Counted from the stretch's first letter, positions 8,609 through 19,871 are shown. The stretch: 64,000 nt of DNA from Rhodothermales bacterium (GCA_041391505.1 JAWKNW010000001.1:200410-264409); one strand, 5' to 3'. The notes: a model not told the origin generated them from the letters alone. Program-made: numbers and translations.

Positions 8609-9691
8609 ATGACCGACGCCGTACCCGAGCGCGACCTCCCTCTGTTTCGGGATGCGCTGCTTGCCTGGTACGATCGGGTGGCGCGTACGATGCCGTGGCG
8701 TGCATCGAACGATCCCTACCGCATCTGGCTCTCGGAGATCATGCTCCAGCAGACGCGCGTCGATCAGGCCCTCCCCTATTACGAACGCTTCGTCGCCGCT
8801 TTTCCGGATCTGCCGGCGCTGGCCGGGGCCGATCTGGATGCGGTGCTGCTCAACTGGGAGGGGCTCGGGTACTACTCGCGCGCTCGCAACCTGCACGCCG
8901 CGGCCCGCGCGATGGTCGACCGGCACGGCGGGACCGTGCCCGACTCCTACGAAGCGATCCGGGCGCTGCCGGGCATCGGTCCGTACACGGCAGCGGCGGT
9001 GCTGTCCATCGCCTACGGGCGCCCCCATGCCGTGCTCGACGGCAACGTGATCCGCGTGCTCACCCGCCTGTTCAGCATCGACGACGACGTGGCCGGCGCG
9101 CGGACGAAACGCCGGCTTCAGGAGGAGGCCGATCGGCTGATCGATCCGTCGCGGCCCGGCGACTTCAACCAGGCGATGATGGAGCTCGGCGCGACGTGCT
9201 GCACGCCGCGCTCGCCCGACTGTCCCCGTTGCCCCGTCGCCGCGTTTTGCTCGGCGCGTGCGGCGGATCGACAGGCATTCTTTCCGGTCAAGACGAAAAA
9301 AGCGCCCGTCCCGCATGTCCACCATGCCGTCGGCATCATCCGGAACGAGGCCGGCGAATATTTAATCTACCAGCGTCCGGAGGACGTCATGCTGGGCGGA
9401 CTGTGGACGTTTCCCGGCGGCCGCCAGGAGCCGGCGGAGTCCATCGAGGCCGCCTGCGCGCGCGCCCTGGCCGATTCCTTTTCCATCCAGACCCTCGTGG
9501 CGCCACCGACGCATACGCTCTCCCACGCGTATTCGCACTTCAAAATCACGCTCCACGCCTGCGTCTGCCAGGAAGCCCGGATCGGCGACGACCTCGCGGG
9601 GCGCAGGCTGCGCTGGGCAGCGCCCGACGCCGCCGAGGGCCTCGCCTTCGACCGGGCCAGTCGGCGCCTTTTCGAGGCCATCGCGACATAA
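8609..9691 (+). CDS. mutY: A/G-specific adenine DNA glycosylase MutY
   Basis: LSEIMLQQTRV HhH-GPD motif, Fe-S cluster loop CTPRSPDCPRCPVAAFC, and a C-terminal NUDIX-like domain (GGLWTFPGG). Confidence 0.92.
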   Translation: MTDAVPERDLPLFRDALLAWYDRVARTMPWRASNDPYRIWLSEIMLQQTRVDQALPYYERFVAAFPDLPALAGADLDAVLLNWEGLGYYSRARNLHAAARAMVDRHGGTVPDSYEAIRALPGIGPYTAAAVLSIAYGRPHAVLDGNVIRVLTRLFSIDDDVAGARTKRRLQEEADRLIDPSRPGDFNQAMMELGATCCTPRSPDCPRCPVAAFCSARAADRQAFFPVKTKKAPVPHVHHAVGIIRNEAGEYLIYQRPEDVMLGGLWTFPGGRQEPAESIEAACARALADSFSIQTLVAPPTHTLSHAYSHFKITLHACVCQEARIGDDLAGRRLRWAAPDAAEGLAFDRASRRLFEAIAT

Positions 9692-9772
9692 CAGGAGGCG
9701 CCGGCCCCGCTTTTGCATTTCCCGCGGCGACTGCATTTCCGTGCCCTTTCTGCACCTCCTGCACGCATCGCC

Positions 9773-12061
9773 ATGGGATCGATTCGCCGCTGGCTGGCGC
9801 CGGCTGTCGCGCTTTTCGTTTGCATCCAGAAACCGGCCTCGGCGCAAGAGGCCGCATCGCGGCTCGACACAGAGACGTTACGCCGGTTCGAGTGGGCGCG
9901 ACATACCGCGCGCCCGGACGTGTTTCGCCTGGCCGACTCCACCGTGGCCCTGGTCGGGCTCGACGACGACCGCCCCGTGTATTTCGGCATCGCGAACGAG
10001 GATGCCGCGATGGCCATCGGAGCCCGCGACGTGGCGCCGGAGGGATCCCTCGGGATCGCCCTGAGCGGCGCCGGCGTGACGGTGGGTCTGTGGGACGACG
10101 GGCCGGCGTGGGGCGGTCACCAGGAGCTGTATGGCCGCATCCTCGATCTCGACGGCGGCTACCCGTCCAACCATGCCACGCACGTGGCCGGCACCATCGC
10201 CGCCCGGGGCGTCGACCCGCTGGCGCGCGGCATGGCGCCCGACGCGGGGCTTCGATCCCACGACTGGCTGCTCCACGGCTCGGAGCTGCTCGATGACGCG
10301 CACGAGGGGCTGCTCATCTCGAACCACTCGTACAGCCGGATCGCAGGCTGGAATCTCATGCGGGAGTCGGAAAGCAGCACCGTCTGGTACTGGTTCGGCG
10401 ACGCGGCCGTAAGCGAGGTCGAGGACTACACCTTCGGCTACTACGATCGCGATGCCTCCCTCTTCGATGCCGTGACCTATACCTACCCCTACCTCCTTCC
10501 GGTCGTCGCCGCGGGCAACGATCGGGACGACACGGGGCCAGCTGCCGGCAGGTACCGGGCGCTCGATCCCTCGAACCGGTGGACGGACTACGACGCCACG
10601 CAGCGACCCATAGGCCCCGACGGCGACGCGGAGGGATACGATACGATATCCAGCTTCGCCCTGGCAAAAAACGTACTGACCGTGGGCGCGATGCCGGCTG
10701 TCAGAGACGCCGCGCAGCCCAGCTATTTCAGCAGCTTCGGCCCCACCGACGACGGCCGCATCAAGCCGGATCTGGTGGCGCCCGGGGAAGCGCTGTATTC
10801 ATCCATCGCGGCCGGGCCGGCGGCCTACAGCCGGTCGTCCGGCACCTCCATGGCCGCGCCGACCGTTACAGGCAGTCTCGCGCTGCTCCAGCAGCTGGCC
10901 ATCGAAACGCGCGGAGCGCCCCTGCGGGCGGCCACGCTCAAAGGACTCGTCCTCCACACCGCCCGCGACATGGGGCAGCCGGGGCCGGATTATGCCACGG
11001 GATGGGGGGCGCTCGATGTCCGTGAAGCCGCGCGGGTCGTGCTGGATGCGCGACGCGACGCGCTGGCGCTGGGAGAACGCACGCTATCCAACCGGCAGCC
11101 CGATGTATTCGACCTCCGGGTGGATGTCGCCGGCCCTCTGCGGATCACGGCATCCTGGACAGACCGGCCGGGCGAACCGATCGCGGCATCCGGGGCGGGC
11201 CGGCTCGACAACCGCACGCCTCAGCTGCGGACAGACCTCGACATTCGCCTGACGCACCTGGCTTCCGGAATCGAATATGCCCCGTTCGTGCTCGACCCGG
11301 AGCATCCGGGCGAGCCGGCGTCGACCGGGGATAACCGCGTCGATCCGATCGAACAGATCGCGCTTCCCGAGGCCGCTCCCGGTGCGTACCGACTGACCGT
11401 GCGCGCCAAGCCGGGATCAGCCGAAACGGAGGCGTTCGCCTATTCCCTCCTCGTTTCCGGATTGCGCGTCGACGAGGCGCCGGTGGTGCTGCGCGAGGCC
11501 GGCGCAGAACGCAGCGATGGCGTCGTGCGCATCCGCTGGTCGGTTCAGCAGGAGCGTCTCGACGGGGCGTACGTCGTGGAACGCGCCGGGCTGGATAAAG
11601 GGGACCCCTTCGATGCGCCGCAATCGGCCGTATACCAATCCGTTGCCCGAATCCCGGCGACGGCCGGCGACGGCGTGTATGCCGTGGTCGACCCCGGGGC
11701 GACCGCGGGAGCGTACCGGTACCGCGTGTTCTTCGATCAACCGCGCGCGAACATGCATTTTCCGGTCGCCGAACTGAACGTGGAGGTTCCCACCCCGGAA
11801 CGGCTCGCGGTGCACGCGGTGTTTCCGAATCCGATACGGGGCACGTCGACCGTCGTATACGACGTGCCGCATGCGCAGCACATCGTGGTAGACCTCGTCG
11901 ATATGCTCGGGCGGAGCGCGGGGACCCTGCTCGACGGGTGGGTGGAGGCCGGCAAACATACCGCGACGCTGGATGGCGAGACGCTGGCGGCCGGCGTGTA
12001 CGTCCTGCGCGTCGTCGGCGAGGCGGGCAGCAGCGCGAAAACGATCACCCGGCTTCCGTGA
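9773..12061 (+). CDS. S8 family serine peptidase with T9SS C-terminal sorting domain
   Basis: Signal peptide MGSIRRWLAPAVALFVCIQKPASAQE. Catalytic His (HATHVAGTIAA) and Ser (GTSMAAPTVTGSLALL). The C-terminal roughly 80 aa (VFPNPIRGTSTVVYDV...AGVYVLRVV...) match the type-A Por/T9SS CTD pattern. Confidence 0.85.
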   Translation: MGSIRRWLAPAVALFVCIQKPASAQEAASRLDTETLRRFEWARHTARPDVFRLADSTVALVGLDDDRPVYFGIANEDAAMAIGARDVAPEGSLGIALSGAGVTVGLWDDGPAWGGHQELYGRILDLDGGYPSNHATHVAGTIAARGVDPLARGMAPDAGLRSHDWLLHGSELLDDAHEGLLISNHSYSRIAGWNLMRESESSTVWYWFGDAAVSEVEDYTFGYYDRDASLFDAVTYTYPYLLPVVAAGNDRDDTGPAAGRYRALDPSNRWTDYDATQRPIGPDGDAEGYDTISSFALAKNVLTVGAMPAVRDAAQPSYFSSFGPTDDGRIKPDLVAPGEALYSSIAAGPAAYSRSSGTSMAAPTVTGSLALLQQLAIETRGAPLRAATLKGLVLHTARDMGQPGPDYATGWGALDVREAARVVLDARRDALALGERTLSNRQPDVFDLRVDVAGPLRITASWTDRPGEPIAASGAGRLDNRTPQLRTDLDIRLTHLASGIEYAPFVLDPEHPGEPASTGDNRVDPIEQIALPEAAPGAYRLTVRAKPGSAETEAFAYSLLVSGLRVDEAPVVLREAGAERSDGVVRIRWSVQQERLDGAYVVERAGLDKGDPFDAPQSAVYQSVARIPATAGDGVYAVVDPGATAGAYRYRVFFDQPRANMHFPVAELNVEVPTPERLAVHAVFPNPIRGTSTVVYDVPHAQHIVVDLVDMLGRSAGTLLDGWVEAGKHTATLDGETLAAGVYVLRVVGEAGSSAKTITRLP

Positions 12062-12164
12062 CGTTGGAGATGGTGGGCCGGGACGCCTATATTGAGGTCG
12101 GGATGGTCATCCTCGCGGCACTGTGCTCCGGCCGCGTTCGCGCCGTTTGCTAACCTCAACGATC

Positions 12165-12716
12165 ATGTCGGAACTCGTAGTCTGGGTCATTTTCTTTGTG
12201 CTGTACCTGATTTTCCAGGTGCTGGGCAACAAAAAAAGGCCAAAGAACAAGTCGCTTCCGCCCCTGCCGGGCGATGCGCCCGGGACCGAGCCCCGTGAAC
12301 GACCCGCCACGCTGGCGGAAGCCCTGCGCGAAATCCAGGAGGCGCTTCAGAATCCACAGCGCGTACCGGAGACGCCGCCGCCTGCGCCGGAACCGGTGCA
12401 GCGCCTGCCACCCAGACCTGCCGCACCCAAACCCACGCCCGAATTCCACAATCTGGAAGCCCAGTTCCAACGCGAGATGCGTGTGGAACGCGAGGGAATC
12501 CCCGCGCGCAGACCGACGCCCTCCATAACGACTCCGACGCTGAAACCGGTCGCCCGGCCGGCCCAGAAGAACGATGGGCTTCAAGTCGAAAAGACGCGGG
12601 CCGACCTGCTGAGCGCCGACATCAAGGACGATCTGAAGGATCCGGAGAAGCTGAAACGGGCCTGGCTGCTCAAGGAAATTCTCGACGAGCCGGCCTTCAA
12701 GCGCTTCCGTGCGTAG
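12165..12716 (+). CDS. hypothetical membrane-anchored proline-rich protein
   Basis: Start MSELVVWVIFFVLYLIFQVLG (TM helix), followed by a Pro/Ala-rich low-complexity region. Confidence 0.5.
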   Translation: MSELVVWVIFFVLYLIFQVLGNKKRPKNKSLPPLPGDAPGTEPRERPATLAEALREIQEALQNPQRVPETPPPAPEPVQRLPPRPAAPKPTPEFHNLEAQFQREMRVEREGIPARRPTPSITTPTLKPVARPAQKNDGLQVEKTRADLLSADIKDDLKDPEKLKRAWLLKEILDEPAFKRFRA

Positions 12717-12719
12717 GGG

Positions 12720-12830
12720 GCCGCCCACCGTTGGTGGGCGGCGTGGAAGGTTCAGGGTTCAAGGTTTAACGTGTACCGTTCAAGGATCGGGTCCTGCCCG
12801 CCTTGAACTTCGAACCTCAAACCTCGAACC
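12720..12830. repeat. GC hairpin plus heptad-built palindrome (GGTTCAA family) between convergent genes; likely bidirectional terminator
   Basis: Hairpin GCCGCCCACC-GTTG-GTGGGCGGC (12720-12742). Then left arm GGAAGGTTCAGGGTTCAAGGTTTAAC (12746-12770) and complementary right arm CCTTGAACTTCGAACCTCAAACCTCGAACC (12801-12830). Confidence 0.8.
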
Positions 12831-12839
12831 ATCCCTCCG

Positions 12840-13316
12840 CTACTCGTTCGGGAACGCGCCGCCTTTCTTGAACGCCGATGCGCCGATCGCCCCGCCGGCG
12901 GTCCCGAGGACGGCGCCGACGATCATTCCCACGAACAGAATGCCGACATAAAACATCGGGTTATCTACCAGCCCCATGATCACGTCGAGCTGTTCGGGAG
13001 GCATCTGTCCGGATTCCTCGAGTTGCCGGAACGCCTCCTCCATCGTCGGGGTGAGGCCGAGTTTGGACGAGATGAACCCGAGGATCGAGCTGACGATGGA
13101 CGCGATCAGTCCCGTCAGGGCCCCCATGCCGGCGCCCGTTCCTCCGGCGATCGTGAGTTCGTTTGTATTCGTGTAATGCCAGGTGGACATCACGCCGGCG
13201 CCGATATAGGCCAGACAGCAGAGACACCCCCCTACGACCGGAATATTCGCCATGAGTGTCACGAGCACACCCGAAGCGACTCCGCTCAGGAGGATGGATT
13301 GCATCTTGTTCGACAT
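12840..13316 (-). CDS. hypothetical integral membrane protein
   Basis: 158 aa with 4 Gly/Ala-rich hydrophobic spans. No motif recognised with confidence. Confidence 0.55.
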   Translation of the reverse strand: MSNKMQSILLSGVASGVLVTLMANIPVVGGCLCCLAYIGAGVMSTWHYTNTNELTIAGGTGAGMGALTGLIASIVSSILGFISSKLGLTPTMEEAFRQLEESGQMPPEQLDVIMGLVDNPMFYVGILFVGMIVGAVLGTAGGAIGASAFKKGGAFPNE

Positions 13317-13421
13317 GCCTTTCTGTTTGTTCTTATGACCGGATGGGTAGCGGATCGCGCAGGGCGCGACGCGTCTGAAGATAGGCGCTACGTACAGAAA
13401 GATGAAACGGATGCGAAAGGA

Positions 13422-13907
13422 TCACGCGGCCGCCAGCGGCGGCGCGTCCATCCGGCCGAGTTGATCGAGCGCGCGGGCCAGTAGAAGGCCGGCGGCGATG
13501 CCGAAGAGCAGGCCGGTCGTGGTGCGGCTGAAAGGGGTGTTCTCCCAGATCGACAGAAACCCGAGGCCCCAGTCAATGCCCAGCGGCAGGATACCCGCGG
13601 CCAGCAGAACCAGGGCGCGACGCTCGATCCGATCGGCGGCGTGACGCAGCGCCGGCCAGAGACACAGGGCCAGCGCCAGGCCGGCGTAGACGCCGAGGCA
13701 CCGGTGGCAGACGGCCAACGACACGCCGTGGACATGAAACGTGCGATCCGGCAACTGGTGGCAGACCGAAGAAAACGCCCACAGGACAATCTGTCGCCAG
13801 CCCGGTGGGAGAAAGGGCGGAGCCACGATCAGAACGGGTACCAGAAAGACACCGGCCCACAGCACGTGGCGTGCTATACGATTTGGCATCATGCTTGAAC
13901 GTACCAT
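13422..13907 (-). CDS. DUF2085-like membrane protein
   Basis: CHQLPDRTFHVHGVSLAVCHRCLGVYAG matches the conserved CHQ..R..CxRC core of DUF2085. The start could instead be the MM at 13892/13889. Confidence 0.65.
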   Translation of the reverse strand: MVRSSMMPNRIARHVLWAGVFLVPVLIVAPPFLPPGWRQIVLWAFSSVCHQLPDRTFHVHGVSLAVCHRCLGVYAGLALALCLWPALRHAADRIERRALVLLAAGILPLGIDWGLGFLSIWENTPFSRTTTGLLFGIAAGLLLARALDQLGRMDAPPLAAA

Positions 13908-14196
13908 GGCCCGGTCAACTGTTCATGTATTCTGGCAGATTTTGCGTGACATCCTGACAGCGTCAGGCGCTCTGTCTGACACAGGCGATTCCGCTTTGTC
14001 AGGGTGTCAGGCTCGGTCCGGTTGCGGGCGTCTGGAACATGGGGTATAGGGTCGGGTTTATCTGGCCCGCTTCGCTCCACTTCCATACGAACGGGCCGGC
14101 GTCCTGTTCTGGGCCTTTCGCTATGGCGAAGCGCACGCGTGGCATTGACCGCATTCCCCTTGTTCTTTTTTCAAGAGCTTGACGTGCATCCACCTG

Positions 14197-14223
14197 CTGG
14201 CACTCACCAGAGGAGAGTGCTAA
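14197..14223 (+). promoter_or_regulatory. CIRCE operator (HrcA binding site) upstream of groES
   Basis: CTGGCACTC-N9-GAGTGCTAA against the consensus TTAGCACTC-N9-GAGTGCTAA. It lies 66 nt upstream of the groES ATG. A TTGACG hexamer sits at 14179-14184. Confidence 0.85.
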
Positions 14224-14288
14224 CAAGCGGTGCGTCATCTTTATCGCTAATCAAACAACCAACAACCATCATACTGGAGGATAACCAA

Positions 14289-14576
14289 ATGGCAAGCATC
14301 AAACCGCTTGGCGATCGCGTTGTTGTCCGCCCCGAGCCCGCCGAAGAGAAAACCTCGAGCGGACTCTACATTCCTGACGCTGCGAAGGAAAAGCCCCAGC
14401 GGGGCACCATCGTCGCTGTAGGACCGGGGCGCGTCGAGAACGGCACCAAGATCGACATGACCGTCAAGAAGGCCGACATCGTGCTGTACGGCAAATACGC
14501 CGGCACCGAAATCACGATCGGCGGCGAAGAGCTGCTGATCATGCGCGAGTCGGACATCCTCGGCATCGTCGACTGA
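14289..14576 (+). CDS. groES: co-chaperonin GroES
   Basis: [30 protein letters not shown]... 95 aa, classical GroES. Confidence 0.97.
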   Translation: MASIKPLGDRVVVRPEPAEEKTSSGLYIPDAAKEKPQRGTIVAVGPGRVENGTKIDMTVKKADIVLYGKYAGTEITIGGEELLIMRESDILGIVD

Positions 14577-14626
14577 TCCTGTCGCATCGGCCCCATCGGG
14601 GCTGTTTCGACCTATTGTACGTTTAG

Positions 14627-16282
<1,656 letters not shown>

Positions 16283-16373
16283 ACCCGATCGCCCGGCGAT
16301 CGGGCCGTTCCGGGTACCGGTTTCAGGTTCGAGGATCTGAACACGCGCCGGAACGATGTCCGGACCGTTACCA

Positions 16374-16406
16374 GGCGGCGGAGCTTCGGCTCTGCCGCCT
16401 TTTTTT
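16374..16406 (+). terminator. rho-independent terminator after groEL
   Basis: GGCGGCGGAGC-TTCG-GCTCTGCCGCC followed by TTTTTTT. Confidence 0.85.
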
Positions 16407-16407
16407 G

Positions 16408-16845
16408 TTAGCCGCGGTCGATGACGGCCAGCGTCAGCCGGCTGACGCATACGAGTCGGCCGGCCTCGTCGCGGATTTCGATATTCCAGACCTGCGTCCG
16501 TTTGCCGAGATGAAGCGGGCGCGCCGTGCCGGCGACGATCCCGTCGCGCACGCTCCGGATGTGATTGGCGTTGATCTCCAGGCCGACGCAGACCTGCCGT
16601 TCCCAATCGACGCACAGCGTGCCGGCCAGGCTGCCGACCGTTTCAGCGAGGACGACCGAGGCCCCGCCATGCAGGACGCCATGCGGCGTGTGGGTCCGAT
16701 GATCGACCGGCATGGTCGCCACGAGATAGTCGTCGCCGACCTCCGTGCATACAATATCATGGTAACCGGGCATGGCGCCGTGTCCCAGCGCGTTGACCGC
16801 GTCGAGATCGACCGGCTTGTGCCAGATGGGTGCGGGATTGGGCAT
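16408..16845 (-). CDS. PaaI/YbdB-type hotdog-fold thioesterase
   Basis: Start MPNPAPIW at 16845. Motifs HGVLHGGASVVLAETVGS and ...GKRTQVWNIEIRDE are typical of PaaI-family thioesterases. The track ORF start at 16956 lies inside the heptad repeat. Confidence 0.8.
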   Translation of the reverse strand: MPNPAPIWHKPVDLDAVNALGHGAMPGYHDIVCTEVGDDYLVATMPVDHRTHTPHGVLHGGASVVLAETVGSLAGTLCVDWERQVCVGLEINANHIRSVRDGIVAGTARPLHLGKRTQVWNIEIRDEAGRLVCVSRLTLAVIDRG

Positions 16846-16847
16846 GG

Positions 16848-17046
16848 TGGGATGAGGGTGTGATGTTGGGGGGATGGGGGATGGGGGATGCTGGGTACGG
16901 GATTCGGGATTCGGGATGCAGGATGCAAGATGCAGGATGCTGGGATGCGGGATCACCGAGCAAGGCCAGGGTTTTTACATAAAACCCCTGCATCCTGCAT
17001 CCTGCATCCTCTCTCCAACATCCCCCTCTCCAACACCCCGCATCCT
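16848..17046. repeat. heptad-built imperfect palindrome (GGATGCA/GGGATTC family) in a divergent intergenic region
   Basis: G-rich arm: GGGGATGGGGGATGGGGGATGCTGGGTACGGGATTCGGGATTCGGGATGCAGGATGCAAGATGCAGGATGCTGGGATGCGGGATC. Central hairpin: CAGGGTTTTTACATAAAACCCCTG. C-rich arm: CATCCTGCATCCTGCATCCTCTCTCCAACATCCCCCTCTCCAACACCCCGCATCC. Confidence 0.85.
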
Positions 17047-17143
17047 ATCAGAGCGCCCGAGAGCGACCTTCAATGAGGGTGTATCTCATGATGCGTTTCG
17101 TATCTTCGGGCTCGACCATCTACTCGCCATTGTGAAGAGCCCC

Positions 17144-18541
17144 ATGAAACGTTTTTTTGTTCTTTTATGCAGCGCGCTTTGCCTCGCCGGCTGCGCACCG
17201 CGCACCGCGCCGACAACCGCCCCTCCGAACATCATCTTCATCCTGGTGGACGACCTGGGATACGGTGATCTGGGCGTATACGGGCAGCGGCGCATCCGCA
17301 CACCGAACATCGACCGGATGGCCGGAGAGGGGATGCGGTTCACCCAGTTCTACGCCGGCTCCACCGTATGCGCCCCATCCCGCAGCGTGCTGATGACGGG
17401 CAAGCATCTGGGGCACAATGATATCCGCGGAAATCTGGAAGTGCAACCCATGGGGCAGACGCCGTTGCCCGGCTACAACGTGACCGTCGCCGAAATGCTG
17501 AGGCAGGCCGGCTATTCCACGGCCCTGATCGGCAAGTGGGGACTCGGCAGCGTTGGGTCGGAAGGCCACCCGAACCGGCAGGGTTTCGATTATTTCTTTG
17601 GCTATCTGGGCCAGCGGCACGCGCACAACTACTATCCGGAATTCCTGTTCAGGAACGAGGATCGGGTGCCGCTCGACGGCAACCGCATCCCGGAGCCGAA
17701 GCGGCCTGACGGATCGGGCCAGGCTGCCGAGAAGGTCACGTACAGCCACGACCTGCTCGCGAAGGAAGCGCTCGACTACATCGATCAGCACAAGGACGGA
17801 CCCTTCTTCCTGTATCTCGCGCTCACCATCCCGCACGCCAACAATGAAGCGGGCAAGGAGGGCATGGAGGTGCCCGATCTGGGCGTTTACGAGGGCGAGT
17901 CCTGGCCGGCGCCGCAAAAAGGCCTCGCCGCCATGATTTCCCGGATGGACAGCGACATCGGCCGGCTCATGGCGCGGCTGCGGCAGAACGGCATCGACAA
18001 CCGCACGCTCGTCATCTTCACCTCGGACAACGGTCCGCATGCCGAAGGCGGCAACGACCCCGCGTTTTTCGATTCCAACGGTCCGCTGCGGGGCATCAAA
18101 CGCGATCTCTACGAGGGCGGCATCCGCGTGCCGATGATCGCACGCTGGCCGGGGAAGATCATGTCCGGCACCGTATCCGATCACATCGGGTATTTCGGCG
18201 ACGTGATCACGACATTCGCCGATCTGTCCGGCGCCATGCCGCCGGACTCGCTGGACAGCATCAGTTTCGTTCCCACGCTGCTCGGGACAGGCGTACAGGC
18301 CGAGCATCCTTATCTCTACTGGGAGTTTTTCGAGCAGGGGCCGCGACAGGCGGTCCGGTCCGGCCCGTGGAAAGCCCTGCGCGAACCCATGTTCACCGGG
18401 CCGGTCGAGCTGTACAATCTCGATGCCGACCCGGGGGAAACAACCGACCTGGCCGCGGCGCAGCCGGAACGGGTGGCGCAGCTGACGGCGATGATGGACG
18501 AGGCGCATGTGGACCACCCGCTCTGGCAGCCCAGGCCCTGA
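17144..18541 (+). CDS. arylsulfatase-family sulfatase (lipoprotein)
   Basis: Start MKRFFVLLCSALCLAGC (lipobox). IIFILVDDLGYGDLG, the formylglycine motif CAPSRSVLMTGK, and FTSDNGPH. Confidence 0.9.
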   Translation: MKRFFVLLCSALCLAGCAPRTAPTTAPPNIIFILVDDLGYGDLGVYGQRRIRTPNIDRMAGEGMRFTQFYAGSTVCAPSRSVLMTGKHLGHNDIRGNLEVQPMGQTPLPGYNVTVAEMLRQAGYSTALIGKWGLGSVGSEGHPNRQGFDYFFGYLGQRHAHNYYPEFLFRNEDRVPLDGNRIPEPKRPDGSGQAAEKVTYSHDLLAKEALDYIDQHKDGPFFLYLALTIPHANNEAGKEGMEVPDLGVYEGESWPAPQKGLAAMISRMDSDIGRLMARLRQNGIDNRTLVIFTSDNGPHAEGGNDPAFFDSNGPLRGIKRDLYEGGIRVPMIARWPGKIMSGTVSDHIGYFGDVITTFADLSGAMPPDSLDSISFVPTLLGTGVQAEHPYLYWEFFEQGPRQAVRSGPWKALREPMFTGPVELYNLDADPGETTDLAAAQPERVAQLTAMMDEAHVDHPLWQPRP

Positions 18542-18554
18542 CCGGACAAAACAG

Positions 18555-18590
18555 AACGGCCCGTACACGATGGCATGTACGGGCCGTTTT
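18555..18590. terminator. bidirectional terminator hairpin between convergent genes
   Basis: AACGGCCCGTACA-N8-TGTACGGGCCGTT, with TTTT on the plus strand and CTGTTTT on the minus strand. Confidence 0.7.
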
Positions 18591-18610
18591 AAAACAGAGC
18601 GGGCGGGCGA

Positions 18611-19015
18611 TCAGTAGTTGACCGCGCGGGGAAGACCTTTGGCCTGCTTGCACCAATCCGTCACAGCCGCCAGCGTCGGCAGCTGCCGGACGAGCTTTTT
18701 GGCTGCGTTCACTTCCACCATCTTCGCATGAAGATTTTCGGGCTTGCGTGTGCCGAGTTCGACGACCGTATCGACACCCGCCGCTTCCAGCAGCTCCGAA
18801 TACTCGCCGCCGATGCCCTTGATGCGCATGAGGTCGGAGTGATTGACGAAGCGCAGGACGCGCTTGTCGTCGATACCGCTCTTCGCGGCGATCTCCTTGC
18901 GACCCGCCGGCGTGCTCCCTTTTTTGAGCAGCGCCTCGACGGAGCCCACGCCGGCTTTCTTCATTTTTTCAGCCAGCGTGTCGCCGATACCTTCAATGGT
19001 TGTCAATTTTGCCAT
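18611..19015 (-). CDS. DUF4332-like helix-hairpin-helix protein
   Basis: 134 aa. Two HhH-like units (IEGIGDTLAEKMKKAGVGSVEAL and IKGIGGEYSELLEAAGVDTVVEL), as in DUF4332 proteins. Confidence 0.65.
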   Translation of the reverse strand: MAKLTTIEGIGDTLAEKMKKAGVGSVEALLKKGSTPAGRKEIAAKSGIDDKRVLRFVNHSDLMRIKGIGGEYSELLEAAGVDTVVELGTRKPENLHAKMVEVNAAKKLVRQLPTLAAVTDWCKQAKGLPRAVNY

Positions 19016-19416
19016 AAATGCCTCCTATGCAATGTTGCACTCGATGTTGCAGAGATTCTCGGATCGGCTGTTGCTTGAACTATATCTCTTGACGAGCCTG
19101 CCCGGTATGGGCGCAATTCGTTCTACGGTTGCGGATCCACTCGATACGGGGGAATAGCAACGATACAGCAGCCATTGTATGGGTCGCGCGCAAAAGTAAG
19201 TACTATTTGCGTGTGCATCAATCCCCTGTAGCGCTTCCAGGCCACCGGTGGCGAATAAACACCCGGCTGGAGCACCCTCGCCGCCCCTGCGCCGTCGCCA
19301 TCCCGCCCATCCGTCGCTCCGCATTCCGTTTTTTGTTTTTTAACACGCCCATCCTATTTTTGCCGGCATATGGACCCACCACTGTCCACCTTTTTTCTCA
19401 CTCACTCACCAAAGCA

Positions 19417-19848
19417 ATGCTCAAAGAGTTTAAAGAGTTTGCTGTCAAGGGCAATGTCGTCGACATGGCCGTCGGTATCATTATCGGCGCTGCGTTCGGC
19501 ACGATCGTCCAGTCTCTCGTCAACGATGTCATCATGCCGCCCATCGGCCTGGCACTCGGTAACGTGGACTTCTCGAATCTATTCCTCGTAATCAAAGAAG
19601 GGGCGACTGCGGGTCCGTACGCCTCGCTGGAGATTGCGAAGGAAGCCGGGGCGGTCAGCATCAACTACGGCGCGTTCATCAACACCGTCGTGAGCTTTCT
19701 GATCGTCGCGTTCTGCGTTTTCCTCCTCGTCAAATCGGTCAACAACTTCAAGAAGAAGGAAGAAGCGGCACCTGCGGCGCCGCCGGCTCCTTCGGCTGAA
19801 GAAAAGCTGCTTGGCGAAATCCGCGACCTGCTGCGGGCGCGCGCCTGA
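19417..19848 (+). CDS. mscL: large-conductance mechanosensitive channel MscL
   Basis: [44 protein letters not shown] is a near-consensus MscL N-terminus. Confidence 0.95.
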   Translation: MLKEFKEFAVKGNVVDMAVGIIIGAAFGTIVQSLVNDVIMPPIGLALGNVDFSNLFLVIKEGATAGPYASLEIAKEAGAVSINYGAFINTVVSFLIVAFCVFLLVKSVNNFKKKEEAAPAAPPAPSAEEKLLGEIRDLLRARA

Positions 19849-19871
19849 GCGACACCGCTATGGTTTGATGT

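Noticed and set aside
6635-9325. 896-aa minus-strand ORF spanning the Omp85 gene, a hypothetical gene and mutY
   Set aside because: Extreme Arg/Gly/Ala composition. It crosses three well-supported genes on both strands. This is a GC-driven open frame, not a gene. The same reasoning applies to 5749..7746 (+) and 8695..10296 (+).
16848-17046. CRISPR array hypothesis for the GGATGCA/GGGATTC repeat tracts
   Set aside because: The units are 7 nt, contiguous, degenerate and without spacers. The two halves are complementary (a palindrome). No cas genes are in the window.
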